A program made the position numbers and the translations under genes. From Nitrospinales bacterium (GTDB lineage: Bacteria > Nitrospinota > Nitrospinia > Nitrospinales > VA-1), in NCBI GenBank assembly GCA_965262115.1, contig OZ253496.1, positions 288,001 to 352,000 of the forward strand: a stretch of DNA of 64,000 nt, in the 5' to 3' direction. This document shows positions 56,056 through 64,000 of the stretch, one piece after another. The stretch's first letter is position 1. The number at the start of each line of letters is the position of its first letter. The notes beneath the pieces were generated by a model. It searched no databases. It was not told where the DNA came from and worked only from the letters and a program-made list of their open reading frames with translations.

Positions 56056-56230
56056 TTCCTCTCCCCTGGAGGGAGAGGATTAAAGTGAGGGGGAATGAAA
56101 CCAGATCCCAAATCTGCCGCAAAAAAACTCCGAAACAACTCACCCGATGCAAAAGTAAAGCTATGGTCTGCGCTTAAAAACCGCCAACTGGGAAATTTCA
56201 AATTTCGCCGTCAAGCCCCCATCGGCACAA
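56056..56230 (+). pseudogene. Truncated DUF559 (Vsr-like endonuclease) gene with upstream REP-like palindrome
   Basis: AKKLRNNSPDA..KLWSALKNRQLGNFKFRRQAPIG, after which similarity is lost; preceded by the CCTCTCCC...GGGAGAGG hairpin. Confidence 0.75.
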
Positions 56231-56552
56231 CATCATTAGCAAAATGCAAACTTAGTGTGAATTTTGGTATTAGCTCCTTAACAATTTCCTTATAAGCCAG
56301 CCAACGTTTTATATAAGCCACTCCGGTCCAGATTGCAAAGGGGGCTATTAGCCAAGCCCAAGACCAATTTCTTATCTCTGATATTGGCCACTCCAAGAAC
56401 TTCACAAGAGTAAAAACCAATGAAAGAGGAGGCGCCAAATAGCTCCAGAACTTAAATCCATCCTCCCAAATTGCCCACCCAATACTTCTGGTGTATTTTT
56501 TATTGACCCATTAACTCCAATCCTAAATAGCCATTCCATAATCTTATCACGC

Positions 56553-57290
56553 CTAATACTCCACCTTGATCAGGCAGAGACCATGGGCCGGGGCGGTGGG
56601 GCCAGCTACCTTTCGGTTGCGGACTTCAAGAATAGTTTTCACTTCTCTTGCTGGCATTTTCTTTCGTCCAACATAAACCAGAGTTCCTACAAAATTACGC
56701 ACCATATGTTTGAGGAATCCCTTGCCTTCAAATTCAAAGATCAAAAAACCGTCCTGCTTGATAATTTCAACACGGTCCATGGTCCGCACAGGAGATTTCG
56801 CATTGCAGTTTCCCGCCCTGAATGAGGTGAAGTCGTGCTTCCCTTGCAGATATTTAGCGGCTCGGCGCATGGCAGGGACATCCAGTTCATGGGGGACGAA
56901 CCAGGAGCGGCGGAAGTTTAGTGCAGAAGGATAATCTCTGTTTAAAATCGTGTAACGGTAAAGCTTGCGCTTGGCAGAGCCGCGGGCGTTGAAGGTCATA
57001 GGAACTCTGCGCACTTCTCTTAGGGTGATGTCGTGTGGCAGTAAACTGTTCAAGGCCAACTGAAATTGGGAAGGTTTCATTTTAGATTCGGTCACAAAAT
57101 GGGCAGGCATCCCTTCGGCATGCACACCCGCATCGGTTCGGCTGGAACTTAAAACAGTTGTCGGAGTATTGGTGATTTTACTCAGGGCTTTTTCCAGAAC
57201 CTCCTGGATGGAGATGCCGTTTTTTTGCACCTGCCAACCGTGGTAGGCGGTGCCTTCATACTCCAAAATGAGAAGATATTTTTTTTTCAT
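56553..57290 (-). CDS. truA: tRNA pseudouridine(38-40) synthase
   Basis: YHGWQ, SRTDAGVHA, FLKHMVR and TAPAHGL motifs. Confidence 0.96.
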   Translation of the reverse strand: MKKKYLLILEYEGTAYHGWQVQKNGISIQEVLEKALSKITNTPTTVLSSSRTDAGVHAEGMPAHFVTESKMKPSQFQLALNSLLPHDITLREVRRVPMTFNARGSAKRKLYRYTILNRDYPSALNFRRSWFVPHELDVPAMRRAAKYLQGKHDFTSFRAGNCNAKSPVRTMDRVEIIKQDGFLIFEFEGKGFLKHMVRNFVGTLVYVGRKKMPAREVKTILEVRNRKVAGPTAPAHGLCLIKVEY

Positions 57291-57776
57291 TCCACCCTAT
57301 GATTAAAAATGAAAAACGCGTTGAACTCGTCAACGCGTGTTTTCCTCTTTTTATTGGCCCACTTTCTGGACTACGCAGGTCCGTTCACATTTATATGCGA
57401 ACCTTTATTTTTGTTCTACTCAATTCTTTAGGTGGATTCTCAGCTCCTATAAAGACCTCCTGGTTAAAGGTTGGTCTCAAATCCCTTATTGGGTAATATA
57501 ATCCCTCCACCGGGTTTCGCAACTTTAGTAAAGATAAGGTGCTATTATGGGCTGCATGAGAAGAAGTAGACCAAACTCAGCGAAACAGGGTCGGCTGACC
57601 GAACATTTTATGGTAGGGAGAGGGCCCGTTGTACGGTCTCCATGGTTGGCGTTAACCGCAATATGTTTGGGCTGTTTTTGGTTGAGGTAGATAAAATAGC
57701 GGGTTACCATATTTGGCTTGGTTATTCAGGACAGCCCCATTTTATAATTACAGAAGAAACCACAATAGGAAAAACC

Positions 57777-58796
57777 ATGACAGATGAATATCAGCTTTTA
57801 GAAGTTGTTGAAATAGAGTTCGATACGGAAAATCCGCGCATTAAAAAAGCACTTGAAAAATACAGCGACAAAATTACCGCTGAACGAATACATTTTGCGT
57901 TGCGCTCTGCCAGTGACGATTCAAACGCGACATCTTCATTTTCGCGGCTTAGGGACTCCATCCATGCCAATGGTGGCATTACACAACCAATTGTCGTGGC
58001 CGTACAAGGCGATAAAAAAATCTGCATTGATGGCAACACGCGACTCGCTATTTACCAGGACTTCTCAAAGCAAGGAACAACAGGTAGTTGGGAGAAAATT
58101 CCTGCACTGGTGATGCATGATGCACAACAAAAAGATATCGAAACGATCCGTGTTTCTGCCCATTTGGTTGGACCCAGACCCTGGCCTTCCTATGAGAAGG
58201 CTAGCTATCTGTATTATCTCTACCACACCGAATTCATGAGGTTTGAGGAGATGGTAGCGCTTTGTGGCGGGAATCGCCCAGAGATTGAGCGTCAAATTGA
58301 TGCCTATGAGGACATGAACGAACACTATCGTGATGTTGTCGATGACACTGCGTTTCATATCGACCGATTCAGTGGTTTTGTTGAGCTACAGAAACCACTA
58401 GTAAAACAGGCGATCCTTGACGCAGGTTTTGAATTAAAAGACTTTGGGGAATGGATAAGAGATGGCAAGGTCCGACGTTTGAAAGATACACGGAAACTAC
58501 CAAAAGTGCTACGAGATGAAGAAGCAAGGGATATTTTTGTTAAAGGGGGAATAGGGTCAATCGAGCGAGCGATAAAGCATATTGACCTCAAGACCGAAAC
58601 CGCGCCGGGTGTGGGTCTTGAAGGCGTACCAATACACACACTGGCAAAAACACTCGCTGGAAAAATCCGTGATATGCCCTTTTCAATGGTGCAGGCACTG
58701 CAAAAGGGAGACAGCGACGAAGATGTTGAAGCGGTTCGCATTTTTGAGGACTTGGCAGATTGTCTAGGCGAGCTTTTAGAGAGTGTCGGAAAGTAG
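57777..58796 (+). CDS. ParB/Srx-like N-terminal domain protein (intact)
   Basis: ENPRI...LRDSIHANGGITQPIVV...IDGNTRLA; AGGA RBS before ATG 57777. Confidence 0.8.
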   Translation: MTDEYQLLEVVEIEFDTENPRIKKALEKYSDKITAERIHFALRSASDDSNATSSFSRLRDSIHANGGITQPIVVAVQGDKKICIDGNTRLAIYQDFSKQGTTGSWEKIPALVMHDAQQKDIETIRVSAHLVGPRPWPSYEKASYLYYLYHTEFMRFEEMVALCGGNRPEIERQIDAYEDMNEHYRDVVDDTAFHIDRFSGFVELQKPLVKQAILDAGFELKDFGEWIRDGKVRRLKDTRKLPKVLRDEEARDIFVKGGIGSIERAIKHIDLKTETAPGVGLEGVPIHTLAKTLAGKIRDMPFSMVQALQKGDSDEDVEAVRIFEDLADCLGELLESVGK

Positions 58797-59227
58797 CGAG
58801 CATCGTAACCTTGTTATGCTGATGGCTTGCGAGCTACAGGTTCAATATCCAGATGTCGTGATGGAAACGGATTTACAAATACGGCCTGGTGACCCTGTGC
58901 CGCGAATGATCAATGCGCATAGACCCGATATTTACGCGTATAACTAAGGAAAGTAATTTTTGCGTGATTGGCGAGATCAAGACGGTAGCCGGCCTGGACA
59001 ATAAGCATACATACGCCCAAATAACATCCTTTGTTAGTTATCTGGAAGACAGACATCAAGGTATTTTTGTTCTTGGTATCTCGGGTGAAAGAGCAAATAG
59101 AGCGAAAACGCTGTTACGTTTTATTCATAAGGAATTGGGCTTGGCGAAAACCGACCTGCAAATATTTGACGGTTGCGATTACTGGACACTCGATAGAAAA
59201 GAGGGAATGCGGTGGCATTTAAGTTAA
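58783..59227 (+). pseudogene. Small PD-(D/E)XK-like protein, frameshifted
   Basis: GTG 58783 gives MSESSEHRNLV...HRPDIYA with stop at 58945; the +1 frame continues ...CVIGEIKT...HTYAQI to 59227. Confidence 0.6.
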
Positions 59228-60664
59228 GAAAACCACCCAAGTTAAATGCCAGACTGGATGCCTATCCGTACCAGCTGGACGCGCTCATAGCGGTGCAAAA
59301 ATTACCCTATGCGGCGATTTTCCATGAACAGGGTTTGGGTAAAACCAAGATAGCCGTTGACCTCGCTTTATATTGGATTGAAAACGATGTTGTTGACACC
59401 GTATTTATTATCACAAAAAAGACACTGGTACAAAATTGGGTGGATTAACTGGCTGTTCATTCTTATGTCAGCCCAAGAGTCCTATCTGGTAATCCCGGGG
59501 AAAACAATATTGCTTTGAACTCTCCGGTTATATTATATATGATGAATTATGAAGTGATTTCCAGCAATTTTGACTTGATACAATTATTCCTGAAAACCTG
59601 TCGCGTTGGTGCAATTCTGGATGAGTCCCAGAAAATAAAAAATCCAGACGCAAAATTAACCCAATATTTTCACGCTCTAGCCGATGGGTTTCGTCGTCGC
59701 GTCATCATGACGGGAACGCCTGTTGCCAACCGACCATTCGATATATGGTCACAAATAAAGTTTCTCGACGACGGAGAAGCATTGGGGCAATCGTTTGCCA
59801 AATTCAAAGCTCAAACGGAGCTTCCAGACACGACAGACCAGCAGGAGTTATACAGCAAACAGCTTGCTGGAATCATGATGAAGTTGAAAAAATTTTCAGT
59901 GCGGGAAACCAAAAAATCCTCTGGTCTTGAACTACCGGATAAAACCATCATCACTCACTGTGTCAAAATGACAGCATTACAGGCGAAAATTTATGCGGAC
60001 TACAGAGACAGGCTCTTACATGAGTTTGAAAGCCTTGATGGTGTGGTGATTGACGGTGCCGAAGATATCCTAAAACGTTTGTTGCGACTTGTGCAATGCG
60101 CTTCTAACCCGTTCTTGGTGGACGAAACCTATCAGGAAATACCTGGTAAATTTGTTGAATTGGACCATATTCTTAATACTGTAAACACAGAGTCAGTTAA
60201 AATAATCATCTGGACTGGATTTGTTAAAAATGTCGAGTGGATTTACCAAAAATTACAAAAGTACAACCCGGCAAAGGTACATGGTAGTTTAACCGTTGAT
60301 TATCGAAATAAAGCACTCACTAAATTTAAGACAGCCTCATCATGCCGAATTCTGGTGGCGACACCGGGGGCGGCAAAAGAAGGACTGACGCTTACGGTTG
60401 CCAATCATGCTATATTTTATGATCGCAGTTTCAGCCTGGATGATTACTTGCAGGCACAAGACCGCATTCATCGAATATCACAAACACAAGACTGTTTCGT
60501 ACATATTGATTGCCGAAAACACCATTGATGAATGGGTGGACAGCTTGCTGAATGCTAAACACCAGGCAGCCCAGTTGACTCAGGGTGATATAGACGAAAC
60601 TGAATTTGATGCGAATTTTGACTTTGACTTATCTAATGTATTGTCGAAAGTATTGAACACCTAA
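59212..60664 (+). pseudogene. SNF2-family (SF2) helicase with an internal stop and a C-terminal frameshift
   Basis: HEQGLGKT, LDESQ, TGTP and QAQDRIHRI motifs; in-frame TAA 59446-59448; frameshift near 60505 continues LIAENTIDEWV to 60664. Confidence 0.85.
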
Positions 60665-60679
60665 AGAGGTAAGACATAA

Positions 60680-61702
60680 ATGAGCGACACCACAATTACA
60701 GTATTTGACAAAGAAATTTCAGTTACGCATGAAAAAATATCTATCTATAAATTGAAATATTTTGAGGAAAACCCTCGTGTTTTTTCTTGCATTCACGGGG
60801 AAGATACACCCGAAAACGAGGATGAATTACAGACTTTTATTCAGGATAAAATGTGGGAGCAACCAAGCGTTAAAAATTTGGTTACGGATATTGAAAAGCA
60901 CGGTGGACTACTTGAAAGAATTTTAGTCCGATATGACACTCGCCAAGTTATTGAAGGAAATTCCAGATTAGCCGTTTTTCGAAAGTTACATAAAAAGAAG
61001 CCAGATGAAAAATGGGCATTTATAGAGTGTGATTATGTAGATACTCTTACACCAACACAACAAGATGCTTATCTAGCCCAAATCCATATCAAGGGAAAGA
61101 CTGAGTGGTCAGCATACGAGAAAGCAAATTTCTCCTACATTCGAGCAAAAAGAGGTGTTCCGATTGAGGATATTATGCGTATATTGTCTGAAGGAAAGAA
61201 TGAAATTTAGAAGCAAATTGACACGGTCACTTTGATGGAAACGAACAATGATATAGAGAAGTCGCATTTTAGTTATTATGATGTGCTTATCAGGTCCAGA
61301 AATATCAATCTCCACGCTAACTATACTTCTGATGTTGAAAATTTTATCTTGTCAAAAATAAAAAATATACGAACAGAAGATGCAGATAATAACGATTTCA
61401 CAGCGCAAGATTTAAGAAACAAACTGCCTGATATCTTGAAAAAAAAGAAAGTGCTAAAGAAATTTATAGTAGAAGAGTCAACTATGGATGAAGCCTATCA
61501 AAATGCTCGTCCAAGCGACCCTCTAAAAAAGATAAAGACAGCCAAGAATAAAATAATGGACATCCATAAAGAAGAAATTACTCACCTTGAAAAACGGTAT
61601 GTTGATGAGCTATTGGCTAACATAAAAAAATTGTCCAAGGAGGTGGAGCGTATTCAAAAAATGATAGAAAAGGTAAAAGAGGAAAACAACTTCAATGCCT
61701 AA
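60680..61702 (+). pseudogene. Second ParB/Srx-like protein with an internal TAG
   Basis: ENPRV...IEKHGGL...IEGNSRLA...WSAYEKA, paralogous to 57777; TAG 61208-61210 is in frame with ORF 61232-61702. Confidence 0.8.
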
Positions 61703-63296
61703 TAACATCCTGCTTATTGAGCCCGGCTATCCCAACAAATACCCGCCATTGGGATTGATGAAGATCGCACAGTATCATGGAGTCAATGGGAAAAACGACA
61801 ATGTGCGATTTATCAAGGGCTAAGATAATAGTGTATTTGATACATATTGGGACAGAATATATATCACCACCCTGTTTTCATTCGAGTTCAGCCGTATTGC
61901 CAAATCTATAGACTTCGCGATTAAAGTCGTCAATGGCGACACTGACCGGATTTTTGTTGGTGGTATTGCTACATCTTTGATGCACGAGCGGTTTTTATCC
62001 GAAGCCCACTGGCGGGATGTACGCTTTATTAAAGGCTTGCTCAACAAAGCCCCTGCTGTATCGTTACAGTTAGATTCGTTTTCAGATGAACTCTATGCCG
62101 GAGATATAACAGGCGTACCTATAGAAGACTATATCCCGGATTACAGCATTCTTGAACAAATAAACTATCAATACCCTGTCAGGGATGCGTATTTTGCTTA
62201 TGCCTCGCGCGGGTGTGTGCGCAAATGCCACTTTTGCGGAGTGCCAAATCTTGAAGGCGAGCAGAGGGACACATATTCTTTAACAGACACTATTAATGGA
62301 ATTGAAAATCTTTACGGCCTCAAAAAAGACCTAACTTTAATGGATAACAATATAGTAGCCTCAAGTCGTTTCAAAGAAATCATAGCTGAGATTATTGGTT
62401 TAGGATTTCAAAAAGGAGCGGTGATTCAGCGAAACGGGGTGGCTGTACAACGAAGGGTGGACTTTAATCAAGGTGTGGACGCGAGAATTCTTTGCAAAAC
62501 CCCAATGTATCTGAAAGAAATAAGTAAGATTTGTATAAAACCCTTGAGGATAGCTTTTGACCATATAGGCTTAAGAAAACCTTACGAGCAGGCCATACGA
62601 TATGCGCATGAGTTTGGACTGAATGAGCTGTCCAATTATATGCTTTATAATTTTCACGACACGCCGCAGGACTTGTTCGCCAGAATGCGGTTGAATGTGT
62701 CGCTCAATGAAGAACTGGGTATTCGGATTTTCTCATTTCCGATGCGTTATCAGCCGACAGACTAGCCAGACCGCAAGCATATTAGCGCGAAATGGAATAG
62801 ATACTGGCTTCGCTCTTTTCAGATTATTTTGCAAGCAACCCACGGAATTGTCAGTGGCTCGCCAAATTTCTTCAAACACGCTTTTGGTGATTCCTATAGC
62901 GAATTTGAGAATATTTTGTGTATGCCGCATGTCTACATCCGCAATCGCAAATGGTTCTCTACCCATGGAGGACGACCTGAATTAAATGATTTTCAGACTA
63001 TTTTCTCCAAGCTCACAACCCAAGACCGTCATGACCTTCTGTCTGTTCTGTCGCGATGCCGTAATTCTGACCTGGAAATCCAACTTGCCGCTGATAAAAA
63101 CGCCAAGTTAAGAAATATAGCGGTTCACTATCGCGGGTTTACAAGTGATGAAGAGCGGATGATCTGGAAAAAAATAAAAAGGATAAAGCCTCAAAAAAAC
63201 GGGTTCTCCAGACAAGATGTTGAAGATGTACCATTTGTCTCTGAAGATGAATGCGTAGAAGATGCAGATATCAATGACGCAATAATGGTAGTGTAA
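61695..63296 (+). pseudogene. Radical SAM protein with two internal stops
   Basis: ATG 61695 MPNNILLIEPGYPNKYPPLGLMKI; CVRKCHFC at 62214-62237; DFNQG; in-frame TAA 61821 and TAG 62763; one frame throughout (533 codons). Confidence 0.85.
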
Positions 63297-63298
63297 GC

Positions 63299-64000
63299 AT
63301 GAGCAACCCTCGAGTATTTGTTGGCAAAGAGATCTTGCGGCTTATCACGACCGCGATGTATGACGACCCACTGACCATCTACAGGGAGTATATTCAAAAC
63401 GCAGTTGATGCAATTGATGGTGCCGTGGTAAAAGGCTATGATAAGGACAATGCTGGAATACGCATCAACCTGAATCATAGCGAACGAATCATTACTATCC
63501 ATGACAATGGTCCAGGCATAGCGGCTACAAAATTTTCCAGTCGCATGAAAACTATTGGCTGGAGCGAAAAAAGCGGAATATCGTTGCGTGGCCTTTGGGG
63601 CATCGGACGGCTTGCCGGTCTTGCTTATTGCAAGCACTTGGTTTTTCGGACGAAGGCTCAAGAAGAAGGCAGTGTCAGCCGCATGGATTGGGATGGGCAG
63701 AAATTCAGAGAGATATTGTCCACACCTGACCAAAAGACCGATTTATCGGCAATTGTAGAGCGAATCACCACGACATCATCTGAGTCGGTTGATATAGAGC
63801 AACCTAGCTTTTTTGAGGTTCAAATTAACCAAGTTATGCGTCACGGAAACGATGCGCTGTTGAGTGAAAAAAGAGTAAGTGAATACCTTGCTCAGGTCGC
63901 GCCAGTGCCTTTCCATATTGATGCGCCTTTTCGTAAACAGATACAGGCATTCTTGACTCCGCACATTGACGTGTCTGGCTACCGCATTTATTTAAACGAA
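63299..64000 (+). CDS. GHKL (Hsp90/MORC/MutL-like) ATPase, runs off the window end
   Basis: Not in ORF track. Manual translation gives MSNPRVFVGKEILRLITTAMYDDPLTIYREYIQNAVDA...DNGPG...GLWGIGRL (Bergerat motifs); open to 64000. Confidence 0.85.
   Translation, partial: MSNPRVFVGKEILRLITTAMYDDPLTIYREYIQNAVDAIDGAVVKGYDKDNAGIRINLNHSERIITIHDNGPGIAATKFSSRMKTIGWSEKSGISLRGLWGIGRLAGLAYCKHLVFRTKAQEEGSVSRMDWDGQKFREILSTPDQKTDLSAIVERITTTSSESVDIEQPSFFEVQINQVMRHGNDALLSEKRVSEYLAQVAPVPFHIDAPFRKQIQAFLTPHIDVSGYRIYLNE

Noticed and set aside
57290..57776. tRNA or att site at the island's left boundary
   Set aside because: No cloverleaf or direct repeat recognised; the other boundary lies outside the window.
58783..63296. 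Alternative genetic code (UAR read as Glu) or programmed readthrough in the island
   Set aside because: The same genes terminate with TAA/TAG at positions coupled to the next start, and frameshifts co-occur, so decay or error is more parsimonious.
63191..63964. ORF-track calls 63191-63733(-), 63555-63758(+) and 63776-63964(-)
   Set aside because: They overlap the GHKL ATPase frame starting at 63299, which the track omitted, apparently because it has no stop within the window.

Overview
Bacterial chromosomal window, mostly housekeeping genes. It holds the rpmF-plsX-fabH/D/G-acpP-fabF-rnc cluster, xerD, typA, fbp, hisS, fur, acs, rlmN, lpdA, recO, ugd, queA, eno, hemL, mtnP, asd, leuB and truA. 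Respiratory genes include a CydA-like bd-type oxidase subunit paired with a diheme cytochrome c, and a c554-like tetraheme. That mix suggests a Nitrospina/Nitrospinota-like nitrite oxidiser, which is an inference and not checked. Three things stand out. (1) From about 57.8 kb to the window end is a tightly coupled six-gene accessory operon: ParB-like, PD-(D/E)XK-like, SNF2 helicase, second ParB-like, radical SAM, GHKL (MORC/Hsp90-like) ATPase. I do not recognise it as a named system; it looks like a DNA-modification/anti-phage module. Four of its genes are broken by in-frame stops or frameshifts, so the ORF track fragments them, and the ATPase is absent from the track. (2) There is a layered set of small repeats: two copies of a ~208-bp MITE with 15-bp TIRs and perfect 9-bp target duplications (one disrupts a TPR gene), a ~40-nt hairpin-ended unit that inserts without target duplication, and a dispersed degenerate intergenic family. 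(3) Gene decay is scattered across the window, and there is a candidate structured sRNA near 18.9 kb. No tRNA, rRNA or CRISPR array was recognised. All calls come from reading motifs by eye; no database searches were run.
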